DNA from: a virus
Taxonomy: Duplodnaviria > Heunggongvirae > Uroviricota > Caudoviricetes
IMG/VR virus record: IMGVR_UViG_2563366806_000004
Coordinates: 1-44,644 of that record
Length of the DNA stretch: 44,644 nucleotides
Reading direction: 5' to 3' (one strand)
The position numbers were made by a program, and so were the translations under genes. A model generated the notes under the pieces. It searched no databases. It saw nothing but the letters and a program-made list of their open reading frames with translations, and was not told the DNA's origin. This document shows, in pieces, positions 16,544 to 25,585 of this stretch; position 1 is the stretch's first letter; each line of letters begins with the position of its first letter.

Positions 16544-16750
16544 ATGACAAATCAGCAGCAAATAGAGTTCATCCTTGAGCAGATTCGAAAAATGCGAGAA
16601 AAGAACCAGCCAGACATGATGGAAATATGGAGACGCCAGCAGGAAGAATACCGCAAGCATATTTTTGGTGAGAGAAAACAGGATGACTGGAGCCTATATG
16701 GCTATGGCACCAGGACAAATAAAAACGGATATAGCCTTTACACATATTGA
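16544..16750 (+). CDS. Hypothetical protein
   Basis: 68 aa from ATG 16544 with RBS AAGGAG. Confidence 0.45.
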   Translation: MTNQQQIEFILEQIRKMREKNQPDMMEIWRRQQEEYRKHIFGERKQDDWSLYGYGTRTNKNGYSLYTY

Positions 16751-16758
16751 GGAATTCC

Positions 16759-17169
16759 ATGAAACAGACAATTTTCCTCAGGAGTAAGCAACAACAGCAA
16801 GCCGCAATCACCGCCATCCTCGCAACACCACTCGATAAAGACAAGCCAGTTACCATCCGCATTACTGACTACAAGCGCAACCTTGACCAGAACGCAAAAT
16901 TTCACGCGATGCTGGCGGATATCGCAAGTCAGGTTCAATGGTGCGGCAAATGGTTAAAACCAGAACAATGGAAGGTTTTGTTGATAAGCGGTCATGCAGT
17001 GGCAACAAAGCAGGAAGCTGATGTTTTGCCCGGGCTTGAAGGCGAATACGTCAACATTCGCGAAAGTAGCGCGCAGATGAGCGTGAAGCGCATGGCAAGC
17101 CTGATTGAGTACACGACAGCATGGGCTATTGGTCAGGGTGTCAGATTTACCGACAGGAGGTACGAATGA
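16759..17169 (+). CDS. ninB: NinB-like recombination protein
   Basis: 136 aa from ATG 16759; [39 protein letters not shown] resembles lambda NinB. Confidence 0.7.
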   Translation: MKQTIFLRSKQQQQAAITAILATPLDKDKPVTIRITDYKRNLDQNAKFHAMLADIASQVQWCGKWLKPEQWKVLLISGHAVATKQEADVLPGLEGEYVNIRESSAQMSVKRMASLIEYTTAWAIGQGVRFTDRRYE

Positions 17170-17348
17170 GACGACAGCGACGAAGCATCACCGACATCAT
17201 CTGCGAAAACTGCAAATACCTTCCAACGAAACGCTCCAGAAATAAACGCAAGCCAATCCCAAAAGAATCTGACGTAAAAACCTTCAACTACACGGCTCAC
17301 CTGTGGGATATCCGGTGGCTTAGAGAACGTGCGAGGAAAACAAGGTGA
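17166..17348 (+). CDS. ninE: NinE
   Basis: 60-aa [63 protein letters not shown], near-identical to lambda NinE. Confidence 0.8.
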   Translation: MRRQRRSITDIICENCKYLPTKRSRNKRKPIPKESDVKTFNYTAHLWDIRWLRERARKTR

Positions 17349-17524
17349 TTGACCAAAATCGAAGTTACGAACAAGGAAGTGTCGAGCGAGCTTTAACGTG
17401 CGCTAACTGCGGTCAGAAGCTGCATGTGCTGGAAGTTCACGTGTGTGAGCGTTGTATATATGAATGCTTAAATATGGTGGAACATAATGAGAAATATAAG
17501 CAACATAGACGAATTAAGAAATAA
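17345..17524 (+). pseudogene. ninF: ninF, 5' fragment interrupted by an HNH-gene insertion
   Basis: GTG-start ORF encodes ...ESVERALTCANCGQKLHVLEVHVCE as in lambda NinF, then diverges into AT-rich inserted sequence and stops at 17522..17524. Confidence 0.65.
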
Positions 17525-17993
17525 ATTATCATATGATGATGTTTTAGGTGTACTTAGATGGAAAGTGTCTCCTTCTAATAATGTTAAGGTTGGCAGTGTT
17601 GCTGGTTACATTAGGAGTGATGGTTATAGGATGTTAACTATCGATGGTGTAATTACTTATGCTCACCACGTTATATGGATGATAAATAATGGTGAGATTC
17701 CATTAGGGTATAAAATTGATCATATAAATGGAGTAAGGTCAGATAATAGGCTATCTAATCTTCGATTGGTTACACACCAACAGAATGCACAGAACCAAAA
17801 GAGAAAAATAACAAATTCGTCAGGAGTGACTGGAGTATATTTCAATAAAGAGAGATGTAAGTGGATTGCGAATATATGCGTAGATGGGCGCACCAAATAT
17901 CTTGGAATATTTGCTAGCATCATTGACGCTATTACAGAAAGGAAGAGGGCAGAAAAAGAACTGGGTTTTCATGAAAACCATGGTAGACCATAA
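17487..17993 (+). CDS. HNH homing-endonuclease-like protein inserted in ninF
   Basis: 168-aa ORF; AT-rich; RBS GGTGGA; resembles free-standing HNH homing endonucleases; lambda-like ninF sequence is found on both sides. Confidence 0.65.
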   Translation: MRNISNIDELRNKLSYDDVLGVLRWKVSPSNNVKVGSVAGYIRSDGYRMLTIDGVITYAHHVIWMINNGEIPLGYKIDHINGVRSDNRLSNLRLVTHQQNAQNQKRKITNSSGVTGVYFNKERCKWIANICVDGRTKYLGIFASIIDAITERKRAEKELGFHENHGRP

Positions 17994-18054
17994 CTGCGCA
18001 GAACTGATGAGCGATCCGAATAGCTCAATGTACGAGGAAGAAGACGATGAGTGA
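17980..18054 (+). pseudogene. ninF: ninF, 3' remnant
   Basis: Encodes (MVDHN)CAELMSDPNSSMYEEEDDE matching the lambda NinF C-terminus; out of frame with the 5' fragment. Confidence 0.6.
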
Positions 18055-18556
18055 TGTTAAAGAAAAAGATATCCCCGGCTTTGAGGGTATATATAAAGTA
18101 ACTGAAAATGGAGACATCATTTCATGCCGTAAATCAAAAAAATTATCTCATGGCATTAAACCAGGAGGATATGCATTTGTCGGTCTGTATCCAGGTGGCG
18201 GGAAAAGACCATCATATAAAATGGTTCACAGAATTGTTGCAGAAGTATTTATTGATAACCCAGATGGCAAACCGGAAGTTAATCACAAGGATGGAAATAA
18301 ACTTAATAATAAAGTTGAAAATCTTGAGTGGGTAACGCGAACAGAAAATGCGAAACATGGATTTGATTCCGGATTGCTTGTTCATGGGTTTAATCATCAC
18401 TTCTGCAAACTAACGCCAGAACAAGTGAAATCAATATATAAATCAAAAGGCAAATACAGAGATATAGCCAAAGAATTTGGTGTTTGTGCGCAGACAGTGT
18501 GCAACATAAAAAACAAATCAGCGTACCGACGTTTTTTGGAGGGGATTGATGTTTAG
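18047..18556 (+). CDS. Second HNH homing-endonuclease-like protein
   Basis: 169-aa ORF; GFEGIYKVTENGDIIS N-terminal motif and HKDGNKLNNKVENLEWVTRTEN HNH core; AT-rich. Confidence 0.65.
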   Translation: MSDVKEKDIPGFEGIYKVTENGDIISCRKSKKLSHGIKPGGYAFVGLYPGGGKRPSYKMVHRIVAEVFIDNPDGKPEVNHKDGNKLNNKVENLEWVTRTENAKHGFDSGLLVHGFNHHFCKLTPEQVKSIYKSKGKYRDIAKEFGVCAQTVCNIKNKSAYRRFLEGIDV

Positions 18557-18824
18557 AAGCAAAAAATGGCTTCAGGCAGTCAGGGATATTGAATTTTGCG
18601 TTCTTTGCGGAAGATACGGAGTTCAGGCCGCTCATAGAAATGAAGGGAAGGGGGTTGGGATTAAAGTAGATGATTGCCTTACTGCTGCGCTATGTGTTGA
18701 TTGTCATTCAAGAATTGATAATGGGAGAGATATGAGCAGGGAAGAGCGAAGGGCTGAAATGGATCGGGCCATTGTGCTTACCCTTAAAAAATTGGTTAAC
18801 AATGGGAGGGTGTTTGTCCAATGA
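18546..18824 (+). CDS. DUF1364-like small Cys/His protein (YbcO-like)
   Basis: 92-aa ORF with CVLCG...AAH...CVDCH metal-binding pattern, immediately upstream of rusA as in DLP12-type prophages. Confidence 0.4.
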   Translation: MMFRSKKWLQAVRDIEFCVLCGRYGVQAAHRNEGKGVGIKVDDCLTAALCVDCHSRIDNGRDMSREERRAEMDRAIVLTLKKLVNNGRVFVQ

Positions 18825-19183
18825 ACGAATATCAGTTTGTGCTTCCATACCCGCCGTCGGTGAACACCTACTGGCGAAGACGGGGAAGCCAATACTACAT
18901 CAGCGATAAAGGCCAGAAATACCGAAAAGACGTTCAGCAAATCATCCGCCAACTCAAGTTAGACATTTTCACCAAATCACGACTCCGCATCAAAGTAATC
19001 GCAGACGTTCCAGACTCCCGCCGCCGCGACCTCGATAACATCCTGAAAGGTTTACTCGATTCCCTTATCCACGCAGGATTTGCGGAAGACGACGAGCAAT
19101 TCGATGACATTCGCGTAATTCGTGGTGTGAAAGTACCAGGCGGACGGCTTGGAATAAAAATCACCGAACTGGAGAACGTATGA
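18821..19183 (+). CDS. rusA: Holliday-junction resolvase RusA
   Basis: 120-aa ORF; YPPSVNTYWRR...RRRDLDNILKGLLDSLIHAGF...GGRLGIKITE resembles E. coli RusA. Confidence 0.85.
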   Translation: MNEYQFVLPYPPSVNTYWRRRGSQYYISDKGQKYRKDVQQIIRQLKLDIFTKSRLRIKVIADVPDSRRRDLDNILKGLLDSLIHAGFAEDDEQFDDIRVIRGVKVPGGRLGIKITELENV

Positions 19184-19368
19184 ACGCCACAATTCAAACG
19201 ATACCAGAGCTTCTTATCCAGACACGAGGCAATCAGACCGAAGTGGCAAGGATGCTTTCCTGCGCAAGAGGAACAGTGCTCAAGTACAACCGAGACAGTA
19301 AAGGCGAGCGTCACGTAATAGTTAACGGCGTCCTGAGGGTCAAACAGGGAAAAAGGGGAAGGCCATGA
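19180..19368 (+). CDS. ninH: NinH
   Basis: 62-aa ORF; GNQTEVARMLSCARGTVLKY resembles lambda NinH. Confidence 0.7.
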   Translation: MNATIQTIPELLIQTRGNQTEVARMLSCARGTVLKYNRDSKGERHVIVNGVLRVKQGKRGRP

Positions 19369-19988
19369 GACTCGAAAGCGTAGCTAAATTTCATTCGCCA
19401 AAAAGCCCGATGATGAGCGACTCACCACGGGCCACGGCTTCTGACTCTCTTTCCGGTACTGATGTGATGGCTGCTATGGGGATGGCGCAATCACAAGCCG
19501 GATTCGGTATGGCTGCATTCTGCGGTAAGCACGAACTCAGCCAGAACGACAAACAAAAGGCTATCAACTATCTGATGCAATTTGCACACAAGGTATCGGG
19601 GAAATACCGTGGTGTGGCAAAGCTCGAAGGAAATACTAAGGCAAAGGTACTGCAAGTGCTCGCAACATTCGCTTATGCGGATTATTGCCGTAGTGCCGCG
19701 ACGCCGGGGGCAAGATGCAGAGATTGCCACGGTACAGGCCGTGCGGTTGATATATCAAAAACAGAGCTGTGGGGGAGAGTTGTTGAGAAAGAATGCGGAA
19801 GATGCAAAGGTGTCGGCTATTCAAGAATGCCAGCAAGCGCCGCATATCGCGCTGTGACGATGCTAATACCCAACCTTACCCAACCAACCTGGTCACGCAC
19901 TGTTAAGCCGCTGTATGACGCTCTGGTGGTGCAATGCCACAAGGAAGAGTCAATCGCAGACAACATTTTGAATGCGGTCACACGTTAG
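19365..19988 (+). CDS. Q: Late-gene antiterminator Q (lambda type)
   Basis: 207-aa ORF MRLESVAKFHSPKSPMMSDSPRATASDSLSG..., recognised as essentially lambda Q. Confidence 0.9.
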   Translation: MRLESVAKFHSPKSPMMSDSPRATASDSLSGTDVMAAMGMAQSQAGFGMAAFCGKHELSQNDKQKAINYLMQFAHKVSGKYRGVAKLEGNTKAKVLQVLATFAYADYCRSAATPGARCRDCHGTGRAVDISKTELWGRVVEKECGRCKGVGYSRMPASAAYRAVTMLIPNLTQPTWSRTVKPLYDALVVQCHKEESIADNILNAVTR

Positions 19989-20030
19989 CAGCATGATTGC
20001 CACGGATGGCAACATATTAACGGCATGATA

Positions 20031-20059
20031 TTGACTTATTGAATAAAATTGGGTAAATT
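20031..20059 (+). promoter_or_regulatory. Late promoter pR' with Q-utilisation region
   Basis: TTGACTTATTGAATAAAATTGGGTAAATT matches lambda pR' (-35 TTGACT 20031..20036, -10 TAAATT 20054..20059). Confidence 0.8.
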
Positions 20060-20092
20060 TGACTCAACGATGGGTTAATGCCTTCGTTTCAA

Positions 20093-20120
20093 GCCCCGCG
20101 GATAACACCGTGGGGCTTTT
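20093..20120 (+). terminator. Intrinsic terminator ~30-55 nt downstream of pR' (tR'-like)
   Basis: 9-bp stem GCCCCGCGG/CCGTGGGGC (one G-U pair), loop ATAACA, followed by TTTT. Confidence 0.6.
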
Positions 20121-20163
20121 GCGTTTCTGGAGGTAACGGCGAGGCGCTACCCTCGCCTTAACA

Positions 20164-20580
20164 TTAAGGGAGGGTTTTCATTACGCTATCAATCTCCCTT
20201 CCTTCAAATCTTGAAGTCCAGCCGCAGGAGCCGCAATGGTAAGGAAAGTCATCGAACCCGCTACCGACCTGTTTAAGACAGTTGGGGCAATAAACCGCGC
20301 TGATATACCCACCCGCGGGATTTTTTCTAAAGGCCGCACCCATGTGCTCGACAAACTCATCCTTTGCCCGATAAGCCGCTATTTCCTTCTCAAGTTCTAC
20401 GTTCTTGGCTTTCGCCTCGGCAAGTTCTGCTATGGTGGCAGCATGGGCTTTTTGAAGTACGTCGATCTGCTCTCCAATGAAAGCGATGCGCTCGCGCAGG
20501 ACCTCGTTACTTTGCACAGCAGAAAGCGCGCCGATCCCGTTTTTAAGGGACGCGATAAGTAATCCTACATCCATGGTCAT
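20164..20580 (-). CDS. Hypothetical coiled-coil protein with C-terminal CxxC...CxxC zinc-ribbon motif (antisense accessory gene between pR' and S)
   Basis: 138-aa ORF; start overlaps the stop of an upstream small ORF (ATGA); N-terminal heptad-like helix; C-terminal CPNCLKQVGSGFDDFPYHCGSCGW. Confidence 0.55.
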   Translation of the reverse strand: MTMDVGLLIASLKNGIGALSAVQSNEVLRERIAFIGEQIDVLQKAHAATIAELAEAKAKNVELEKEIAAYRAKDEFVEHMGAAFRKNPAGGYISAVYCPNCLKQVGSGFDDFPYHCGSCGWTSRFEGREIDSVMKTLP

Positions 20581-20714
20581 TCCCTAATTGTCTGTGGAAT
20601 GACCAATTTAGCAATTTCCTTTGTCTGTGGAAAGCAGGGAAACCACGCGCCGGGCGTGGATAAATATCCCGGTATTGAATCGACTGTTGGCTGCCGCTTG
20701 GCGGCCTTTTTCAT
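20577..20714 (-). CDS. Small basic hypothetical protein (translationally coupled to the 138-aa gene; start uncertain)
   Basis: 45 aa from ATG 20714 (MKKAAKRQPTVDSIPGYLSTPGAWFPCFPQTKEIAKLVIPQTIRE); the longer track ORF runs antisense into the holin gene. Confidence 0.35.
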   Translation of the reverse strand: MKKAAKRQPTVDSIPGYLSTPGAWFPCFPQTKEIAKLVIPQTIRE

Positions 20715-20829
20715 TTCAGGCTCACGGGAATCATCCGCTACGTGCTTTGTTGATAAATCCAGCCCGTGAAGCCTGACCCTTTTCAAACACACACACACAG
20801 CGCCATCCGAAAAATCGGAGGTGAGGCCT

Positions 20830-21153
20830 ATGAAAATGCCATACAAACAAGATTTCATCGCTGCGCTACTTGCCGCCAAGGAGCAGGGTATTGGTGCAAT
20901 GCTGGCTTTTATCATGGCGTATCTGCGTGGTCGCTATAACGGCGGCGCGGTAACAAAAACGCTAATTGATGCGCTGATGTGCGCGATGATTGCCTGGTTC
21001 GTTCGTGACCTTCTGGACTTTATCGGCCTGAGCAGCAACCTCGCCTACATAGCCAGCGTCTTTATTGGATACATCGGCACCGATTCGATCGGCAATCTTA
21101 TTAAAAAACTTGCAGCAAAAAAGGCGGGAGTTGACGATGCAAACCAGTCCTGA
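20830..21153 (+). CDS. S: Holin S (lambda class I, dual-start MKM motif)
   Basis: 107 aa from ATG 20830; [27 protein letters not shown]... resembles lambda S. Confidence 0.9.
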   Translation: MKMPYKQDFIAALLAAKEQGIGAMLAFIMAYLRGRYNGGAVTKTLIDALMCAMIAWFVRDLLDFIGLSSNLAYIASVFIGYIGTDSIGNLIKKLAAKKAGVDDANQS

Positions 21154-21586
21154 CGGAATTGCTCTGATAAAAAAATTTGAAGGTTGTCGGCTGACTGCTT
21201 ACCCCGACCCCGGAACGGGAGATGCGCCGTGGACCATCGGCTATGGCTGGACCCATCCGGTTGACGGAAAGCCAGTAAAGCGCGGTATGACTATCGACCA
21301 GCAAACCGCTGACAGGCTTCTGAAAACAGGGCTTGTTGGTTATGAGAATGACGTGCTGAAAGTTGTCAGGGTGAAGCTGACACAAGGCCAGTTCGACGCA
21401 CTGGTGTCGTTCGCTTACAACGTTGGGTCGCGTGCTCTTTCCACATCTACACTGCTGAAAAAGCTGAATGCTGGCGATATAAAAGGCGCGGCAGATGAAT
21501 TTCTGCGCTGGAATAAATCAGGCGGAAAGGTGATGCCGGGGCTCACGAATCGCCGCAAGGCAGAGCGAGCTCTGTTCCTGTCATGA
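21137..21586 (+). CDS. Endolysin, T4/P22-type lysozyme (glycoside hydrolase family 24)
   Basis: 149 aa from ATG 21137 overlapping the S stop; [33 protein letters not shown] and C-terminal [12 protein letters not shown] resemble P22 gp19 lysozyme, not lambda R. Confidence 0.85.
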   Translation: MQTSPDGIALIKKFEGCRLTAYPDPGTGDAPWTIGYGWTHPVDGKPVKRGMTIDQQTADRLLKTGLVGYENDVLKVVRVKLTQGQFDALVSFAYNVGSRALSTSTLLKKLNAGDIKGAADEFLRWNKSGGKVMPGLTNRRKAERALFLS

Positions 21587-22050
21587 TTAGCGCACTGGTT
21601 AAGCGTTACTGGCTGCAGTTGCTGGTGCTGGCGTTAATCGGCGCACTGGCTTTCTTCGTGAACCACTACCGCGACAACGCCATCACTTACAGAGACCAGC
21701 GCGATAAGGCCACTGAGAAACTCCTCCTGGCGACCGCCACCATTAAAGACATGCAGACCCGCCAGCGTGATGTCGCTGCACTGGATGCCAAATACACCGG
21801 AGAACTGGCTGATGCGAAAGAAACCATTGAGCGTCTGCATAGCGATGTCATTGCTGGCCGTAAGCGGCTGCAAGTCGCCGCCACCTGTGCAAAGTCAACG
21901 ACCGGAGCCAGCAGCATGGGCGATGGAGAAAGCCCAAGACTTACAGCAGATGCTGAACTCAATTATTACCGTCTACGAAGTGGAATCGACAAGATAACCG
22001 CGCAGGTTAACTACCTGCAGGAATACATCAGGACGCAATGCCTGAAATAA
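21583..22050 (+). CDS. Rz: i-spanin Rz
   Basis: 155-aa ORF; N-terminal transmembrane helix ([16 protein letters not shown]) and coiled-coil periplasmic domain; follows endolysin. Confidence 0.8.
   Translation: MISALVKRYWLQLLVLALIGALAFFVNHYRDNAITYRDQRDKATEKLLLATATIKDMQTRQRDVAALDAKYTGELADAKETIERLHSDVIAGRKRLQVAATCAKSTTGASSMGDGESPRLTADAELNYYRLRSGIDKITAQVNYLQEYIRTQCLK
21812..21997 (+). CDS. Rz1: o-spanin Rz1 (lipoprotein embedded in Rz in the +1 frame)
   Basis: 61 aa from ATG 21812: [20 protein letters not shown] lipobox followed by proline-rich segment; entirely within Rz. Confidence 0.7.
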   Translation: MRKKPLSVCIAMSLLAVSGCKSPPPVQSQRPEPAAWAMEKAQDLQQMLNSIITVYEVESTR

Positions 22051-22083
22051 TTTTTTTGCAAATCACAAAGTCAATTTAATGAG

Positions 22084-22106
22084 CCTCGCGATGCGGGGCT
22101 TTTTTT
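22084..22106 (+). terminator. Putative intrinsic terminator after the lysis cassette
   Basis: Hairpin CCTCGC-gat-GCGGGG followed by CTTTTTTT. Confidence 0.45.
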
Positions 22107-22255
22107 ACATCTGAATTTCACAGCGCATCTCACGCGCATATTACATCACCCGAGCCTTTCAGAAAGTTGAGCCTGAGAACTGCCGTATATGGTGGCGACC
22201 ATCTCGGGGCGGCTTTTCTGTGAGACAGGCTCACTTTCTAAAAGGTAAAGACGCT

Positions 22256-22774
22256 ATGAATAATCCGTCAGTTATTCCGGCCTTCGACTTCCGCGAAATG
22301 GTCACGACCCTCGACAACAAGATAATCACCACATCACTCAAGGTGGCGGATTACTTTGGCAAGCGACACAAAGACGTTTTGCGTGCCATACGTAACCTGA
22401 AATGCTCCGATGACTTCACCCAGCGCAATTTTGCGCCCATTGATTTCATTGATAAAAATGGCGATGTTCAGCCTATGTATAACATCACCCGCGACGGATG
22501 CATGATGCTAGTGATGGGATTCACTGGCAAAACAGCTGCCGCAGTGAAGGAGTGTTACATCAATGCCTTCAACTGGATGGCCGAGCAGCTAAACCGGCGC
22601 ATGGCGATGGGTGAAGAATTGCAGCATCGCTACGCCATCAAAGAAACGCGCTCAAAGCTGAAAGGCACGATCGGAAGCCGTTTGATGAACGAGCGGAAGA
22701 AAGAGAAGCGCGTCCTGGAGCTCGAACATGAGCACATCATGCAGGTAACGCAGCCGGAATTACTTATTGGCTGA
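22256..22774 (+). CDS. Rha-family phage regulatory protein
   Basis: 172 aa from ATG 22256; ITTSLKVADYFGKRHKDVLRAIRNL resembles the Rha family N-terminus. Confidence 0.65.
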   Translation: MNNPSVIPAFDFREMVTTLDNKIITTSLKVADYFGKRHKDVLRAIRNLKCSDDFTQRNFAPIDFIDKNGDVQPMYNITRDGCMMLVMGFTGKTAAAVKECYINAFNWMAEQLNRRMAMGEELQHRYAIKETRSKLKGTIGSRLMNERKKEKRVLELEHEHIMQVTQPELLIG

Positions 22775-22834
22775 TCGCGGCATTACAGAAGCCCTTCATT
22801 GAGGGGCTTCGATAATGGAGCACTGGAATTATTC

Positions 22835-23455
22835 ATGAACAGACCACACCCACCAGCGCATTTTACGATGCCACCTGACCCGAAGCCGTACATCAGCATT
22901 ATGCCCGCTAATGACGTTGGCGAGTGGCTGAATCAGCACATCCTGAGCGATGAGGGTGACCTCTACAACCCTGACCACCAGCATTTGCTTGAAGCGGATC
23001 TGTGCTTTCTCTGGGCGTCGAACGCTTTCGAGAAGAAAGGGCGTTCCGTGCTGGGGCAGGCGGAAGAAGTGGCAATGCGTGCCGGAGGCTGGCAGAAAGC
23101 GCGGATGGAGCAGCAGATGTATGAATGGTTCGGCAGGGTGCCGCATTTCATCATCACGCTCGCCGCCGATTACTGTTCGCAATGTTCCGATCTGGAGTTC
23201 TGCGCGCTGATAGAGCACGAGCTTTATCACATCTGCCAGGCGACAGATGAGTTTGGCGCGCCGAAGTTCACGCAAGAGGGGCTGCCAAAGCTGAAGCTGC
23301 GCGGCCATGACGTGGAAGAGTTTGTGGGCGTGGTTCGCCGTTACGGTGCGAGCCGGGACGTGCAGGAAATGATTGATGCGGCGAATCAGCCAGCGGAGGT
23401 TGCTCATCTCGATATTGCCAGAGCGTGCGGGACGTGCATGCTGCGACTGGCTTAA
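22835..23455 (+). CDS. Putative zinc metallopeptidase-like protein (HExxH motif)
   Basis: 206 aa from ATG 22835; HELYH motif in ALIEHELYHICQATDEF. Confidence 0.45.
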   Translation: MNRPHPPAHFTMPPDPKPYISIMPANDVGEWLNQHILSDEGDLYNPDHQHLLEADLCFLWASNAFEKKGRSVLGQAEEVAMRAGGWQKARMEQQMYEWFGRVPHFIITLAADYCSQCSDLEFCALIEHELYHICQATDEFGAPKFTQEGLPKLKLRGHDVEEFVGVVRRYGASRDVQEMIDAANQPAEVAHLDIARACGTCMLRLA

Positions 23456-23486
23456 ATACTGGACTGTATAAGACGAATGGTGATTT

Positions 23487-23960
23487 ATGGCTGCATTAAA
23501 ACCTGATGTGAAAGCCTTCATCATTCAGTCGCTTGCGTGCTATGACACGCCATCGCAGGTGGTCGAGGCTGTCCAAAAAGAATTCGGGATCAGGATCACC
23601 CGCCAGCAGGCTGAATCTCACGACCCCACGAAGGCCAGCGGTAAGACGCTCGCCAAAAAGTGGATCGAGATGTTCCACGCGACGCGCGAACGGTTCCTGA
23701 CCGAAACCAGCGACATTCCGATAGCGAACAAATCCTATCGCCTCCGCGTGCTTGACCGCATGGCAACCAAAACCGAGGGGATGAAAAACTTCTCCCTGAC
23801 GGCGCAGCTTATCGAACAGGCCGCGAAAGAGGTTGGCGACGCTTACACCAATAAGCTGAAGGTTGAGAGCACTGGCAAGGATGGCGGCCCGATCAAGACC
23901 GAGACGACCAACCTCACCGCAGATCAGGCCGCAGAGATTTACCGCAAGATGATGGGGTGA
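23487..23960 (+). CDS. Putative terminase small subunit
   Basis: 157-aa ORF immediately upstream of and overlapping the terminase large subunit gene; assignment by position. Confidence 0.4.
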   Translation: MAALKPDVKAFIIQSLACYDTPSQVVEAVQKEFGIRITRQQAESHDPTKASGKTLAKKWIEMFHATRERFLTETSDIPIANKSYRLRVLDRMATKTEGMKNFSLTAQLIEQAAKEVGDAYTNKLKVESTGKDGGPIKTETTNLTADQAAEIYRKMMG

Positions 23961-25585
23961 TCATGCCTCTCCCGTTTGAATTCGATTTCAGAAACCCTGA
24001 TTACCAGATGGTTTTTGAATGGCGGATGGAGCGCTTACAGCGCATTCGCCAGAACCCTGAAATGCTGCCAGCGCTAAAGCAGTTTTATCGCACCAACCCG
24101 GCACAGTTCATCATCGACTGGGGTATGACTACTGACCCGCGTAACATCGATTATGGCCTGCCGGTCACCATCCCTTTTCTGCTGTTCCCGAAACAGGAAG
24201 AGTGGATTCACTGGATCATGGAGCGGCGCGAACGACTGGAGAACGGCATCACCGAAAAGAGCCGCGAAATGGGGCTCAGTTGGACCGCGATCGGGCTGGC
24301 CTGCTCGCTTTGTCTCTTCAACAAAGAAATGGTTATCGGTTTCGGCTCCCGTAAAGAGGAATACGTCGACAGCACCGGTGACCCGAAGGCGCTGTTCTGG
24401 AAGGCGCGAAAGTTCGTGGAAACACTGCCCATCGAGTTTCGTGGTTCGTGGGACGAGAAGAAGCATGCGCCGTATATGCGCGTTGAGTTTCCCGATACTG
24501 GCGCGGTCATCAAAGGCGAGGCTGGCGACAATATCGGTCGTGGTGACCGTACCACGCTCTACCTGGTGGATGAAGCTGCATTCCTCCAGCGTCCTCTGTT
24601 GATTGATGCGGCGCTGTCGCAAACCACCCGTTGCCGTATTGACCTGAGCTCGGTTAATGGCATGGCGAACCCGTTCGCGCAGAAGCGTCACGGCGGGAAG
24701 ATACCGGTATTCACATTCCACTGGCGGGATGATCCTCGCAAGGATGAAGAGTGGTATCGCAGGGAGTGCGAGAAAATCGACAATCCGGTGGTGGTGGCGC
24801 AGGAACTTGACCTGAACTACAGCGCATCTGCGGAAGGCGTCCTGATCCCGTCCGACTGGGTACAGGCTGCCGTCGACGCGCATATCAAACTTGGTATTCA
24901 GCCAACGGGCAAGCGACTGGGCGCGATGGACGTCGCCGACGAAGGCCGGGACAAAAATGCCTTTTCGACCCGTCACGGCTTCCTTCTGGAGAACGTGCGT
25001 GAATGGTCCGGCGTGGGCAGCGACATTTACCAGTCCGTTGAGAAGGTCTTCGGCTTTTGCGAACAGGACAACCTCGAAGAATTTCGCTTCGACGAGGACG
25101 GCCTGGGCGCTGGCGTTCGCGGCGATGCACGCGCCATCAACGAACTGCGTAACGCTGCGCGCCGACCGTCAATACTCGCCACACCGTTTCGTGGTAGCGG
25201 CGCGGTATTTGATCCGGACGATGAAGCGGTGCGCGGGGACAACGGACAGGCCGCACGCCTGAACAAGGACTTCTTCGCCAACGCCAAGGCCCAGAGCTGG
25301 TGGTGGCTACGCAAGCTTTTCCAGAACACCTATCGCGCCGTGGTTGAGGGCATGGCCTACAACCCGGACGAAATCATCTCAATCAGCAGCGCCATGGCGA
25401 GCAAAGACAAACTCATCATCGAGCTGTCGCAGCCGACCTACTCCATTAATGGCGTGGGGAAAATCGTTGTTGATAAACAGCCTGATGGCACCAAGTCGCC
25501 GAACCTCGCCGACTCGGTGATGATCAGCTACGCGCCAATGAATTCAGCCCTGAACATCTGGGAGCTGCTAGGGAGACAGGCCTGA
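23957..25585 (+). CDS. Terminase large subunit
   Basis: 542-aa ORF; ATPase Walker B-like LYLVDEAAF; followed by portal gene. Confidence 0.75.
   Translation: MIMPLPFEFDFRNPDYQMVFEWRMERLQRIRQNPEMLPALKQFYRTNPAQFIIDWGMTTDPRNIDYGLPVTIPFLLFPKQEEWIHWIMERRERLENGITEKSREMGLSWTAIGLACSLCLFNKEMVIGFGSRKEEYVDSTGDPKALFWKARKFVETLPIEFRGSWDEKKHAPYMRVEFPDTGAVIKGEAGDNIGRGDRTTLYLVDEAAFLQRPLLIDAALSQTTRCRIDLSSVNGMANPFAQKRHGGKIPVFTFHWRDDPRKDEEWYRRECEKIDNPVVVAQELDLNYSASAEGVLIPSDWVQAAVDAHIKLGIQPTGKRLGAMDVADEGRDKNAFSTRHGFLLENVREWSGVGSDIYQSVEKVFGFCEQDNLEEFRFDEDGLGAGVRGDARAINELRNAARRPSILATPFRGSGAVFDPDDEAVRGDNGQAARLNKDFFANAKAQSWWWLRKLFQNTYRAVVEGMAYNPDEIISISSAMASKDKLIIELSQPTYSINGVGKIVVDKQPDGTKSPNLADSVMISYAPMNSALNIWELLGRQA

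Noticed and set aside
20715-20915. N-terminal extension of the minus-strand small ORF (track ORF 20577..20915)
   Set aside because: The extension runs antisense through the holin start and RBS; only the portion from ATG 20714 is plausible, and even that is low confidence
22829-23524. 231-aa minus-strand ORF opposite the HExxH-protein gene
   Set aside because: Completely overlaps a plus-strand gene that has RBS and operon context; composition typical of an antisense artefact
24074-24976. 300-aa minus-strand ORF inside the terminase large subunit gene
   Set aside because: Antisense to a well-supported gene in a GC-rich stretch; Arg/Pro-rich composition typical of spurious antisense frames; no RBS or operon context
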